Of a DNA stretch of 64,000 nt, positions 36,872 to 46,979 are shown piece by piece. The position numbers and the translations under genes are program-made. Where the stretch lies: positions 60,793 through 124,792 of the forward strand of contig JBDIWC010000005.1 of the NCBI GenBank assembly GCA_039794085.1. Reading direction: 5' to 3'. The notes below the pieces were generated by a model that worked only from the letters and a program-made list of their open reading frames with translations, was not told where the DNA came from and searched no databases. Position 1 is the stretch's first letter. Each line of letters begins with the position of its first letter. The DNA comes from Gemmatimonadales bacterium. Its GTDB lineage: Bacteria > Gemmatimonadota > Gemmatimonadetes > Gemmatimonadales > GWC2-71-9.

Positions 36872-36911
36872 TGTTCATTGGTCATTGGTCATTGGTCATT
36901 GGTCATTGTTC
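36862..36911 (-). repeat. Heptamer tandem repeat at a gene junction
   Basis: CATTGGT/CATTGTT x7; supplies the upstream stop (..MTNDQ*) and the downstream start (MNN). Confidence 0.88.
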
Positions 36912-38175
36912 TCTGATACACCCGCAGGTGCTCCACGTCGTCCTCATTCTTCCAGAGTCCGAGTACCCGGGAGAGATCCACCGCCAGGACGCGAACGCCG
37001 GGCGGCATGCGGAGCCGGTCGACCAGGGCGCCCGTACTATCGAAAACCACGTACTCACGGGCGTCGGCTCCAGGCCGCTGCACACTCTGGACCCAGATCG
37101 TGCCGTCCCCTCCCGGGATGATGGCCTCGACCCATGGGTAGGTGGCGGGATAGGTGGCCTTGTCTATCCGATCCAGGAACGACTGCTTCATGGCGGCGGG
37201 AAGCTGGTCGAACGCCCCCGCCTGCATTCGCATCTGTTCGCGCAGCGATTCGCGATGGATCTCCGCCTCGGCGTCGGTCACCGGTGCGGGATCGTCCTGC
37301 ACGCGGATGAGGCGACGCAGAGACCCGTCCCCACTCAGCACCTCGACTTCGAAGCGATCGTTCCGAGCCAGGTACACACCCGGTGCTCCCGCCCCGATGA
37401 CCGTGTTCTTCCCGAACGGCACCGGGTTGGGGAGGTTGACCGTCTCTCCCCCCATTGAGAGGGGCAGGGACTCCATCTCGGGACCGGGCACCAGGGCAAC
37501 GGTGTCGAGCACCGTTCCGTCGGGCCCAAACCGGACGAGGGGACGGGTGTCCCGGCTGATCCCGTCCTGGGCCTGGATGATCGCGGTGATCTGGCGAATC
37601 GCGAGGATGCTCCCGTCGCCCAGAACCCCGGTGGGCTGGGAGAGGGCGAAGCCTCCGGATCTCACGGTGGCCGCCGAGAACTGGGAGCCGATGGTGATGA
37701 GCCGGACGAACTCTCCCTCGGGTGCCAGGACGCTCAGGCTCTGCCGGGTGAAGTCGAACGCGAGGAGGGAATCCGCGACGCCGCGCCAGAGGCCGACCAG
37801 GGCGCGGTACTCCCCGGGACCGTCGCCCGCTCGGCCGGACGAACCGAGCCAGGTGCCGGTGGAGTCGTAGAACCGGACCTCGGACGTGCCCTGGTTGGCC
37901 ACCGCGATGCGGCCGTCGGCGAGAAGAACCGCCCCCGTCACCGGCCCGATGTCATACTCCGGTACCTGCTCGTTCCCCCCGATGTCCACCAGCGGTGCCG
38001 CCGTGATCTCCCGGATTGCCGGGAGGGCGCCGTATTCGACGATCTGGACTCCGCTGCTGTCCCGGATCACGGCGCGGCCGGCGCCATCGGCGGGGGCGCT
38101 GGTGCAGGCCGGAAGGATCGTGACGACGAGAGTCAGTGCGAACGCCGAGGGGGCCCGTCTCCATCCGCTTTCCAT
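36889..38175 (-). CDS. 6-bladed beta-propeller lipoprotein
   Basis: Lipobox LPAC, RDSSGVQIV, GRAGDGPGEY motif, NHL-like repeats. Confidence 0.8.
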   Translation of the reverse strand: MESGWRRAPSAFALTLVVTILPACTSAPADGAGRAVIRDSSGVQIVEYGALPAIREITAAPLVDIGGNEQVPEYDIGPVTGAVLLADGRIAVANQGTSEVRFYDSTGTWLGSSGRAGDGPGEYRALVGLWRGVADSLLAFDFTRQSLSVLAPEGEFVRLITIGSQFSAATVRSGGFALSQPTGVLGDGSILAIRQITAIIQAQDGISRDTRPLVRFGPDGTVLDTVALVPGPEMESLPLSMGGETVNLPNPVPFGKNTVIGAGAPGVYLARNDRFEVEVLSGDGSLRRLIRVQDDPAPVTDAEAEIHRESLREQMRMQAGAFDQLPAAMKQSFLDRIDKATYPATYPWVEAIIPGGDGTIWVQSVQRPGADAREYVVFDSTGALVDRLRMPPGVRVLAVDLSRVLGLWKNEDDVEHLRVYQRTMTNDQ

Positions 38176-38311
38176 GCCCGGTCTCCTGAAAGGGGGAGGT
38201 TCGATCTTACCTCGTCCTGTCCCTCGCCACAAGGGAGTCTCGATGCTCGCCGAGTCTCCGGTCGTCAACCACGAACGACCCGAAGGAACCCGAAGGGTGA
38301 CGTCAATTCCA

Positions 38312-38644
38312 AATCAACCACGAAAGACACGAAAGAACACGAAAGGGTGACCCAGGGTGAAGCGAGACGGTTCGGGAAGGATCGCCCGGTGGCGATCCGG
38401 TAGGAAGGATTCAACCACGAAAGGCACGAAAGAACACGAAAGGTGGCATTCGGTCGAAGCGAGGCGGTTCGCGAAAGGATCCGTTCGTGCTTTTTCGTGT
38501 TTGTCGTGGTCCCGTCGTCCAGCTCCTTGAAGCCCTTGCCCCCGTCCGCGAGAAATCAACCACGAAAGACGCGAAAGAACACGAAAGGTGACCCCGGGTG
38601 AGGCGAGACGGTTCGCGGAGGACTTGTTCGTGCTTTTCGTGGTT
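38312..38644. repeat. Three ~70-bp direct repeats starting TCAACCACGAAAG-NCACGAAAG-AACACGAAAG, with inverted partial copies
   Basis: Units at ~38312, ~38410 and ~38554; inverted TTCGTG-rich copies at ~38484 and ~38627. Confidence 0.85.
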
Positions 38645-38805
38645 CCGTCGTCACGGACTGTGCTTGTGAAAGTTTTCACAAACGCAAAAAACAAGACCTG
38701 ACCCCGGTCACTGCTACCCATCGTCGTGGCGAACCTCAGAATGCGGTACCGCGGCTGGGAGGGAAGCGCTCAATCCATTTGGGTCAGAAGACTATCGTCA
38801 TGTAC

Positions 38806-38834
38806 TTGACAGCAGGAGGACTAAGGCGTAGCTT
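38806..38834 (+). promoter_or_regulatory. sigma70-type promoter
   Basis: TTGACA-N17-TAGCTT upstream of the thioredoxin-peptide-propeller genes. Confidence 0.65.
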
Positions 38835-38936
38835 GGATGCCATTCAGCAATCGCTACATACCATCAGCACGCAATAAGAACGAAATGTTGGGGGAGACGT
38901 CGTCGAGAGTCCTCAGCCCATCTGTCAGGAGGTACA

Positions 38937-39528
38937 TTGGCCAATCTGTCGATTAAGCCCTTTATCGACCGACTGCTAAACATCGGAGCGATCGGATTTC
39001 TCGTTCTGTCCGTTGTGCTGGCGGTACGGGCAATGTCCTCCCCCCCCCCCCCCCGCGAATCCTTCGGAGCCGGTAGTAGCGTTCTTTGAGCTGCGGCACC
39101 TCGAGGGGTACCGCTTTGATTCGCCACTGGTTCGGGAATCCTCACTCGGACGATGGATTTTCGGATCCCCCGACTCATTGAACCGAGTCCTCTACATTTT
39201 TTCGACGACCTGCGAAGCGTGTGCCCAGCAGAAGGGTTTTATCGCTGAGGCGTTCGCTGGATTTCCGCCTGGCACTTTCCAGTCTGCCTCCATAGAAGCG
39301 TCTGAACGAACCAGAGATTACTGGCCCCTGGCCTTCCATCCACCCCTGCAGTTTGAACCAACAGTTATGAGAGAGCTCGGAATACGAGGGGTACCCTCTC
39401 TACTGATTATTTCCCGGCCCGGAGTGGTATGCAAGGCGTACACCGGGCAGATCACGCATTGGCCAAAGGAGGACATGCTCGCCAGAATCCAGAACCAGGA
39501 GTGTCCTTTGGGAAAGGAGATTCAATGA
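38937..39528 (+). pseudogene. Membrane-anchored thioredoxin-like (TlpA/ResA-type) protein, frameshifted in a C15 tract
   Basis: AGGAGG-N4-TTG start, TM segment IGAIGFLVLSVVLAV; after C15 (39040-39054) the +1 frame carries FSTTCEAC (CxxC) and GIRGVPS (cis-Pro loop). Confidence 0.75.
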
Positions 39529-39603
39529 ATTTGCCGCGGTTGTAGGCACTGTGTTCTCGCGCTGGTCACGTACCACAACACTTCATTCTGGAGGGCACTT
39601 GCC

Positions 39604-39798
39604 ATGAGTCGAGCAGCACGTAATTTCATTGCCTCAATCGCAGTCTTCATCACCACGACCTCCCTCGCTCATGCACAGTCTGGCTGGTGGTGCTATAACG
39701 GAGAATGCTGTGCAAGTGACGGCGACTGGGTTGGGCAGCCATGCATGGAAGGTTGCCGAGGTACTGCACAAGGGTACTTTTTAGTGGCACCCTGTTGA
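39604..39798 (+). CDS. Secreted Cys-rich peptide (64-aa precursor, 40-aa mature with 6 Cys)
   Basis: GGAGGG RBS; Sec signal ending AHA; mature QSGWWCYNGECCASDGDWVGQPCMEGCRGTAQGYFLVAPC. Confidence 0.75.
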   Translation: MSRAARNFIASIAVFITTTSLAHAQSGWWCYNGECCASDGDWVGQPCMEGCRGTAQGYFLVAPC

Positions 39799-39918
39799 TC
39801 CTCCCGCGTTTCAGGGAGAACTGTGGGCCCGCACTGGATTGATCCGTCGAGCGGCGCGATCTGTGTTGCGGGTCCGTGGTCTCCCAGGCGCTTGTCGAGC
39901 CATCTGGCAAAGGATCAC

Positions 39919-41112
39919 ATGCCCTATTCGAGGCCGCTGCAGCAGGTTCGCAACTGGTCGATCATTACGGCGTTCTCGCTCGGGGGGGTGCTCGGGTGTT
40001 CAAGCTCCGATCAGGGTGCCCGTGCAGGGTTGGATGTGGAGCGAGCCCCGACGGGGGATGCTGGCGTTGCTCCTGTGCTCAGACGACTACCCCTCGCGGT
40101 GGACCGGGATCGGGAAGGTCCCGGCGTGCACAATCCGATCGCGGTCTCCGCGAGGGGCGAAATCGCTTACCTCAATCCGGATCGGAACCCCTCCCGCGAG
40201 ATAATTGTGTTGGACAGCGTGGGGATGGAGGTTGCCCAGGTGGGCCGCCCGGGTCGCGGTCCCGGCGAGCTTTCGGGAAACGTCCGGCCCTTCTTTTCGG
40301 ACACTCTCCTCGTCACGGCTGACCTGGAACAGGCCCGCCTGTCGGTGCACACCTTGTCGGGGCGTTTGGTGCATGATCGCCGTACCACGTTTGGGACGTA
40401 CCCGTTGGCGGTTGCTGGGGATTCGGTGGATTGGAGGGTCAGGGGAAGCGACCGGAGGGTGCAGGTCGGGAGGGAGGGGCTTCGGAGCACGGGGGGACGC
40501 GCCACCATTTCCGACACAGTGTCCTTCCTTCAGGAGGTGGCCAGGTTTGACACGACCACGGGATTCGACTCTCCCCCCACCTATGGGTCGGACGGGTCGA
40601 TCAGCGCTCTCGGGAACGGGTTGGAATATGAGATCAATCTCTACAACAACGACGGTGAAGCCACTGGTACAATTCGCCGTACATTGCCACCCCGGCATCG
40701 AACTCCTCGGGAAGAGGCCCTCGTCGCCAAACGTCTTCGGACCCTCCTGACACGAGGGTTCAGAGGCCCGAATGGCAAGTCGATAAGGATCCGCGGAACG
40801 CAAGAGCGCTTGGATACTCTTTCCAGGGAAATTCTTCCCCACTTCGACCGGCACGGCCTGTGGTTCGACGTGCGCGGGCGCCTTTGGGTGGTTGGCGAAA
40901 GCAGAGATTCGACCTTCGTGGACGTGTTTGCCGATACCCTGTTCCTGGGCCGCACGATGCTCCCGTGCCAGGGACCAGGCCGGAGTGTCTCGATGAATGG
41001 CACCTGGCTGGCTCTGGTCTGTGAGGTCAGCGGGGGCCTCGGGGACACGGAGCTTCAACTCTACCATGCCGACGATCAAGCGGATTCCCCGCGAGCGACT
41101 ACTCGACCGTAA
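39919..41112 (+). CDS. 6-bladed beta-propeller lipoprotein
   Basis: Lipobox VLGC, GRPGRGPGEL motif, DVRGRLWV. Confidence 0.75.
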   Translation: MPYSRPLQQVRNWSIITAFSLGGVLGCSSSDQGARAGLDVERAPTGDAGVAPVLRRLPLAVDRDREGPGVHNPIAVSARGEIAYLNPDRNPSREIIVLDSVGMEVAQVGRPGRGPGELSGNVRPFFSDTLLVTADLEQARLSVHTLSGRLVHDRRTTFGTYPLAVAGDSVDWRVRGSDRRVQVGREGLRSTGGRATISDTVSFLQEVARFDTTTGFDSPPTYGSDGSISALGNGLEYEINLYNNDGEATGTIRRTLPPRHRTPREEALVAKRLRTLLTRGFRGPNGKSIRIRGTQERLDTLSREILPHFDRHGLWFDVRGRLWVVGESRDSTFVDVFADTLFLGRTMLPCQGPGRSVSMNGTWLALVCEVSGGLGDTELQLYHADDQADSPRATTRP

Positions 41113-41132
41113 CCTGAGGAACCCTGATCAAT

Positions 41133-41234
41133 CGTCATCCCCGCGAAGCTTGTCCCCGCGAAAGCGGGGAGTGGGGATCCACCTTGCTGAATTTCGGGAA
41201 TGAAAATGGATTCCCGCGTGCGCGGGAATGGCGG
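41133..41234. repeat. CGTC-type REP doublet
   Basis: CGTCATCCCCGCGAA...GGGGATCCA and inverted TGGATTCCCGCGTGCGCGGGAATGGCG. Confidence 0.7.
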
Positions 41235-41366
41235 GCATTCCGTGCCCGGCCAGTCGATCAGAGTATTCCTAACCGTAACCGTGGGTACAACCGATAGATT
41301 CCATTCCAGGGTGATGCGGACTCCCTGTGTGGTCCCCTCGACCCGAAGAGATTCGTTCGGCCCTCG

Positions 41367-42926
41367 TCACTGTCGCGGCACCGCCGCCGGAGCCACCACC
41401 ACCGCCCGGTCGAGCAGCCGGGCCAGAAGGTCGGTGCGCCGCTGGGCTCCCCAGCACTCCAACGCCAGATCAGCACCGGGTTCGCGCGGGACCGGGGTGA
41501 TCCGCAGGCGCCGGTCGGTGAGCCGCGTCCGCACCGCCTCGACCTCGGCGCTGTATCCGCGGTCCAGGCCGTCGGCCACGCGCAGCAGGGCGGCGAGCCG
41601 CCGCACCAGATCGCGATCCTTCCGGCGCAAGGCCGCGAAGTCGGCATCCCGTTTCGACGGTCTGTCCTTCCGGTGATACCGGGCGATCAAGGCGATGAGG
41701 TGACGATCCCGCGCCGAGAACGGAAGTCGCTCGGCGTGGGTGATGAGTTCATGGCTGTGCCGCTCGCGCTTCCGGTAGCTGATGAGCTGCCCCACGTCGT
41801 GCAGCAGGGCCGCCGCTTCCAGGAGGCGACGCTCTTCCGGCCCGGCGCCGAGGACGGGCCCGAGCCGGTCGAACAACTGGAGGGAGAGACGGCGCACCTG
41901 CTCGATGTGCTGGGGGTCACACTGGCAGCGGTGGGCAAACTCCCGGGCCACCGCGAGGGGGTCCCCGTTGGCCTCCACCCCCGCTCCGGCCATCTCGAGC
42001 ACCAGTCCCTCGCGGAGCCCGTACGCGCTCACCGTCACCGCCGACGCATGCACCCGGGCGAGCACCTCGGCCGTCACGGCGAGACCGGCCAGGATGATGT
42101 CCGCCCGCTCCGGATTGAGACCGGGAACGGTTCTCCGCTCCTCGGCGGGCATCGCCGCCAGCCACTCCAGGAGGTGTTCCACCTCCGCCGTCGTGACGCT
42201 GGTGCCGTGGATCGCGGTGGTCGGGAGCCCCCGCCGCGCCGCCGCGATCCGGGCGAGATTGGTGAAGGTGCCACCCGATCCGAAAATCCGGGCGCCGTTC
42301 CACTCCCGCCAGACGCCGGTCTTCCGCAGCGCGCGGCGGATCTTTCGGCGAAGATCGTAGATGGCCCGGTGGAGAGGGACGGAGGAGTGGAGGAACATCT
42401 CGGTGAGGCGGACCGCTCCGAGCGGGAGGGAGAGGGAGAGCTCGACGAGACTGCGGACCGCTCCGATCACCTCGAGACTTCCGCCGCCGATGTCGAGCAT
42501 GAGGGTGCGACGGTCGTCGAGCTGGAAGTGGTGGGCCACCGAGCGCCAGGAGAGCCGGGCCTCGGTGTCGGCGTCGATGACGGTGAGGGGAATGCCCACG
42601 TCCTCCCGAATCCGGGCCACGAACTCCGGTCCGTTGGTGGCCTCGCGGACGGCCGAGGTGGCGACGGCCCGGAGTTCGGTGACGCCCCGCCGAGTGGCGA
42701 CCTCCCGCATCCGCGCGAGAGCGCTGGCGGCGCGGTCCATCGCCGCGGGATCGAGCCGGCCGGTCTGGGCCAGCCCGCCGGCGAGCCGGGGCTGGTCCTT
42801 CAGCTCGTCAATGACGCGGAGCCCCCCCTCCGCGGTGAACTCGGCCACCAGGAGCCGGACGGAGTTCGATCCGACATCGATGGCACCCAGGCGCGCGGGT
42901 GCGCCCGGGGGAGGGGAAACCGTCAT
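41367..42926 (-). CDS. ppx: Ppx/GppA exopolyphosphatase with HD domain
   Basis: IDVGSNSVRL, ATSAVREA, DIGGGSLE, GLREG, LLHDVG. Confidence 0.93.
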   Translation of the reverse strand: MTVSPPPGAPARLGAIDVGSNSVRLLVAEFTAEGGLRVIDELKDQPRLAGGLAQTGRLDPAAMDRAASALARMREVATRRGVTELRAVATSAVREATNGPEFVARIREDVGIPLTVIDADTEARLSWRSVAHHFQLDDRRTLMLDIGGGSLEVIGAVRSLVELSLSLPLGAVRLTEMFLHSSVPLHRAIYDLRRKIRRALRKTGVWREWNGARIFGSGGTFTNLARIAAARRGLPTTAIHGTSVTTAEVEHLLEWLAAMPAEERRTVPGLNPERADIILAGLAVTAEVLARVHASAVTVSAYGLREGLVLEMAGAGVEANGDPLAVAREFAHRCQCDPQHIEQVRRLSLQLFDRLGPVLGAGPEERRLLEAAALLHDVGQLISYRKRERHSHELITHAERLPFSARDRHLIALIARYHRKDRPSKRDADFAALRRKDRDLVRRLAALLRVADGLDRGYSAEVEAVRTRLTDRRLRITPVPREPGADLALECWGAQRRTDLLARLLDRAVVVAPAAVPRQ

Positions 42927-43645
42927 GCCCCGGAGGGGGGCGGTGAGACCGGGGGAGAGGGGGGAGCGTCCGGCCGCGATTCCACGCGATGCTTGATGGA
43001 CTTTCCTTCCACGAGGAAGACGACGCCCTCCGCCACGTTAGTGGCCAGATCGGCGATCCGCTCCAGATTCCGGCTGACGAGCTGCAATTCGAGTGCGGCG
43101 CTGATCATCTTCTGGTCCTCCATCATGTGGGTCAGAAGGATGCGGAAGACCGACCGGTGCAGGGCGTCGACCTGGTCGTCCCGGCCGCAGACTTCGCGAC
43201 CGGCGTTGGCGTCTCCCCGCACGTAGGCTTCGAGAGCGTCGGAGAGCATGGTCCGGGCGATGCGGGCCATCTCCACCAGTTCCGGCTCCGGGGTGATGGC
43301 GCGGGTTTCGGTGAGCCGGGCGGCGGACTGGGCGATGTTGACGGCGTGGTCCCCGACCCGCTCCAGGTCGTTGGCGATCTTGAGCGCCGCGATGAGAATG
43401 CGGAGGTCGCGGGCCATCGGTTGCTGCAGGGCGATGAGGCCGATGCAGGCGTCCTCGATCTCCATCTCCATCCGGTCGACCACCCAGTCGCCCTGGATGA
43501 CCTCCTGCGCCTTGACGGCGTTGCGCTCGAGGACGGCCTCGATGGCCAGACCTACCGCCGATTCGGCCTCGGCCGACATGGCGAGCAGGCGGACCTTGAC
43601 CTGGTCGAGTTGGTCGTGAAAGTGTCGATGTGTCTGATCGGTCAT
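42923..43645 (-). CDS. phoU: Phosphate signalling protein PhoU
   Basis: [32 protein letters not shown]. Confidence 0.96.
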   Translation of the reverse strand: MTDQTHRHFHDQLDQVKVRLLAMSAEAESAVGLAIEAVLERNAVKAQEVIQGDWVVDRMEMEIEDACIGLIALQQPMARDLRILIAALKIANDLERVGDHAVNIAQSAARLTETRAITPEPELVEMARIARTMLSDALEAYVRGDANAGREVCGRDDQVDALHRSVFRILLTHMMEDQKMISAALELQLVSRNLERIADLATNVAEGVVFLVEGKSIKHRVESRPDAPPSPPVSPPPSGA

Positions 43646-44406
43646 CCGAACCTCCCCGTAATATATGCTTCGGTCCGCTCGTGGGCGGGAGCCGTGAAGA
43701 TCCGATCGGTTGGCCCCGCCTCGACCAGTCGGCCCGCCTCGAAGAATGCCGTGGTGTCCGACACCCGGGCGGCCTGTTGCAGGTTGTGGGTGACGATGAT
43801 GATGGTCACCTCGCGTTTCAACTCCACCAGGAGCTCCTCGATCCGTTGCGTGGCGATCGGGTCGAGCGCGGAGCAGGGCTCGTCGAGGAGCAGGATCTCG
43901 GGCGTGTTCCCGAGTGCCCGTGCGATGCAGAGCCGCTGCTGCTGGCCCCCCGAGAGGGAGGTCGCGGGGGTGTCGAGCCGGTCCCGGACCTCGCTCCAGA
44001 GGGCCGCCCGCCGGAGCGCATCCTCCACGAGATTGGGGAGATCGCGTCGTGCGGCCAGGCGGTTGATCCGGGGACCATAGGCCACGTTGTCGAAGATCGA
44101 CTTGGTGGGGAAGGGGTTGGGTCGCTGGAACACCATGCCGACCCGCTGTCGCAGAGCCACGAGATCGACCCCCGGCTCCAGAACCGAGGCCCCGAGGGCG
44201 TCCAACTCTCCCCGGTAGGTGGCGCCGGGGGTGATGTCGTTCATCCGGTTGATCGAGCGGAGAAAGGTGGACTTGCCCGATCCCGAGGGACCGATGATGG
44301 CCGTCACCGCGCAGGGCGGAACGCTGAGGGTGATGTCGTGCAGGATGGTCCTCACCCCGTAGGCGAAGGAGAAGTCCCGGGCCTCGACGGCGGGTGTCCC
44401 GGTCAT
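43642..44406 (-). CDS. pstB: Phosphate ABC transporter ATPase PstB (copy 2)
   Basis: [29 protein letters not shown]. Confidence 0.95.
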   Translation of the reverse strand: MTGTPAVEARDFSFAYGVRTILHDITLSVPPCAVTAIIGPSGSGKSTFLRSINRMNDITPGATYRGELDALGASVLEPGVDLVALRQRVGMVFQRPNPFPTKSIFDNVAYGPRINRLAARRDLPNLVEDALRRAALWSEVRDRLDTPATSLSGGQQQRLCIARALGNTPEILLLDEPCSALDPIATQRIEELLVELKREVTIIIVTHNLQQAARVSDTTAFFEAGRLVEAGPTDRIFTAPAHERTEAYITGRFG

Positions 44407-45167
44407 CCGAACCGTCCCGTCACATACGCCTCGGTTTCGCTCTCCGCGGGCCGGGTGAAGATCTGGGCCGTCGGCCCGTGCTCCACCAGGCGTCCGAGGT
44501 AGAAGAAGGAGGTGGTGTCGCTGACGCGGGCCGCCTGCTGCAGGTTGTGGGTGACGATCACGATGGTGACGCGCTCCTTCAGGTCGTGCAACAGCTCCTC
44601 GATCCGCTGCGTGGCCTGGGGGTCCAGGGCGCTGGTCGGCTCGTCGAGCAGGATCATGTCGGGCTCGGGCGCCAGGGTGCGGGCGATGCAGAGCCGTTGC
44701 TGCTGCCCTCCCGAGAGGGAGAGGGCGCTTCCCTGCAGGCGATCGTGCACCTCGGACCAGAGGCCGGCTCCGCGGAGCGCCGACTCCACCCGGTCGTCCC
44801 GCTCGCGGCGGGACATCCCGCGGATGATCCGGAGACCGGCGGCGACATTGTCGTAGATCGACATCGTGGGGAAGGCGGTGGGCTTCTGAAACACCATGCC
44901 CACCCGGCGGCGCAGTTGCATCACGTTCACGCGGGGGGCGTAGATGTCGTGCCCGTCGAGGAGGACCTCTCCGGTGACCCGCGTGCCCGGGATCAGCTCA
45001 TGCATCCGGTTGAGCGTGCGGAGAAACGTGGACTTGCCGCACCCCGACGGGCCGATGAGAGCGTGGACCCGGTTGTGGTGCAACGTCACCGAGATCCCGC
45101 TGATGGCGGGGTTGGATCCATAGAACGCGGTGAGATCGCGGATGGCCAGCCGGGGTGGGGTGGTCAC
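44403..45167 (-). CDS. pstB: Phosphate ABC transporter ATPase PstB (copy 1)
   Basis: [32 protein letters not shown] start overlaps the pstA stop. Confidence 0.95.
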   Translation of the reverse strand: MTTPPRLAIRDLTAFYGSNPAISGISVTLHHNRVHALIGPSGCGKSTFLRTLNRMHELIPGTRVTGEVLLDGHDIYAPRVNVMQLRRRVGMVFQKPTAFPTMSIYDNVAAGLRIIRGMSRRERDDRVESALRGAGLWSEVHDRLQGSALSLSGGQQQRLCIARTLAPEPDMILLDEPTSALDPQATQRIEELLHDLKERVTIVIVTHNLQQAARVSDTTSFFYLGRLVEHGPTAQIFTRPAESETEAYVTGRFG

Positions 45168-46003
45168 TTGAGCTCCCGCCTCCGGGTGGCGAGCCGGGTG
45201 GCCAGACTCAGGATGAGCACCACCAGGATCAGGACGAGGGCGGCGGCCCAGGCGAGCCGGTGCCATTCGGTGTACGGTCCCGTGGCGTAGGTGAAGACCA
45301 CCAGGGGAAGCGCCGCCATCGGCTGCCTCAGGTCGGCGCCCATGAACTGGCTCCCCAGCGCGGTGAAGAGGAGGGGGGCGGTTTCCCCGGCGATTCGGGC
45401 CAGGGCGAGGAGGCTGCCGGTGACAATCCCCGGCAAGGTGGTCCGGACCACGATGAGGAGACTGGTGCGCCACCGGGAGTAGCCCAGGGCCAGCGCCGCC
45501 TCCCGGAGCGACCCGGGCACCAGCCGGATCATCTCCTCCGTGGTGCGCATGACCATGGGAATCATGAGAATCGCGAGGGCCACGCTCCCGGCCAGTCCCG
45601 AAAACCGCCCCATCTTCGTTACGATCCAGGTCCAGGCAAACACGCCCACCACGATGGACGGGGTTCCGTTCAACACGTCGGCCACGAACCGGGTGGTGGT
45701 GGCCAGGCGGGAGCCGGGGAATTCGGCGGCGAAGATGCCGGCTCCGATCCCGATCGGAAGTCCGATGAGACAGGCCGCCCCCACGATCAGCAGGGTCCCC
45801 ACGATGGCATGAGCCACCCCCCCGCCCGTCACTCCCGGCGGGGCCGGCATCTCCAGAAAGAACGCGAGGTTGAGGCTGCCAAAGCCCTTCACCAGCAGGG
45901 TGCCCAGAATGAGGGCGAGCGGAAGCACCGCCGCCACCACGGTGAGGCCCATCACCCCCACCATGGCCGTGCTCAGCCATCGCCGCCAGAGTCGCCGGGT
46001 CAT
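45164..46003 (-). CDS. pstA: Phosphate ABC permease PstA
   Basis: [27 protein letters not shown]. Confidence 0.95.
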   Translation of the reverse strand: MTRRLWRRWLSTAMVGVMGLTVVAAVLPLALILGTLLVKGFGSLNLAFFLEMPAPPGVTGGGVAHAIVGTLLIVGAACLIGLPIGIGAGIFAAEFPGSRLATTTRFVADVLNGTPSIVVGVFAWTWIVTKMGRFSGLAGSVALAILMIPMVMRTTEEMIRLVPGSLREAALALGYSRWRTSLLIVVRTTLPGIVTGSLLALARIAGETAPLLFTALGSQFMGADLRQPMAALPLVVFTYATGPYTEWHRLAWAAALVLILVVLILSLATRLATRRRELK

Positions 46004-46004
46004 C

Positions 46005-46979
46005 TCAGGTGGGCCCCGTCTGCCGGCTGACCCGCCACACCAGCAACCGGGCCAGGGCGTTGACCACCACCGTCACCAGAAAGAGCACGAAGGCCACGTA
46101 GGCGAGGGCCGCGATGTGGAGCGTGGTGGCGGCCTCCGCGAACTCATTGGCGATCACCGCGGCCATGGTGTACCCGGGGGCCAGGAGAGAGCTGCTGATC
46201 TCATGGCGGTTGCCGATGAGCATCGTCACCGCCATGGTTTCGCCCAGGGCCCGGCCGAGCCCGAGGACGATCGCCCCGATCAGGCCCGACCGGGCGTAGG
46301 GCACCACCGCCCCGATGACGGCTTCCCAGCGAGTGGCGCCGAGGGCGAGAGCCGCTTCCCGCTGGCTTCCCGGAACGGCGGTGAGAACCTCCCGGGCCAC
46401 CGACATGATGTAGGGCATGATCATGATGGCGAGAATCATGCTCGCCGCCAGCATGCTCTGGCCGTAGATCTGCCCCTGAAAGAAGGGGAGGAACCCGAAG
46501 GTGGCCTGCAACCACGGGAAGACGATGCCCCGCAGGAAGGGGATGAGGACGAAGATGCCCCAGAGGCCATAGACCACGCTGGGGATGGCGGCCAGAAGCT
46601 CCGTGAGAAAAGCCACCGGGGCTCGGAGGCGGGCCGGGGCAAACTCCGTGAGCCAGATCGCCACCCCGAGGGACAGGGGCACGGCCATCAGCAACGCGAG
46701 AAGGGAACTGAGCAGGGTACCGAAAATCAGAGGAAGGGCGCCGAATCGTTCCGCCACCGGGTCCCAGACCGATCCGGTGATGAAACCCACCCCGTACTCG
46801 CTGATGGCGGGCCGGGCGCCGGTGTAGAGCTCCCAGACCAGGAACAGGAGCAGCAGCGGCACCGCGAGGGCCGCGGCGGTCAGGACCCCGGTGAAGAGGA
46901 GATCCCCCCGGCTGTGACCGGCCAGTGTCGGGGGGACCGGCGATTCGGGTGCTGCCGGATCAGCCAATGGGCGCCCCAT
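46005..46979 (-). CDS. pstC: Phosphate ABC permease PstC
   Basis: LAAIPSVVYGLWG, GRALGETMAV. Confidence 0.95.
   Translation of the reverse strand: MGRPLADPAAPESPVPPTLAGHSRGDLLFTGVLTAAALAVPLLLLFLVWELYTGARPAISEYGVGFITGSVWDPVAERFGALPLIFGTLLSSLLALLMAVPLSLGVAIWLTEFAPARLRAPVAFLTELLAAIPSVVYGLWGIFVLIPFLRGIVFPWLQATFGFLPFFQGQIYGQSMLAASMILAIMIMPYIMSVAREVLTAVPGSQREAALALGATRWEAVIGAVVPYARSGLIGAIVLGLGRALGETMAVTMLIGNRHEISSSLLAPGYTMAAVIANEFAEAATTLHIAALAYVAFVLFLVTVVVNALARLLVWRVSRQTGPT

Noticed and set aside
38312..38644. CRISPR array
   Set aside because: Only three degenerate units, irregular spacing, no unique equal-length spacers, no cas genes.
43642..45167. Tandem pstB duplication as novel
   Set aside because: Two pstB genes are well known, for example in Bacillus.
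44403..45980. 525-aa ORF as a PstB fusion
   Set aside because: The N-terminal half is an alternate frame of pstA; the real start is the GTG at 45167.
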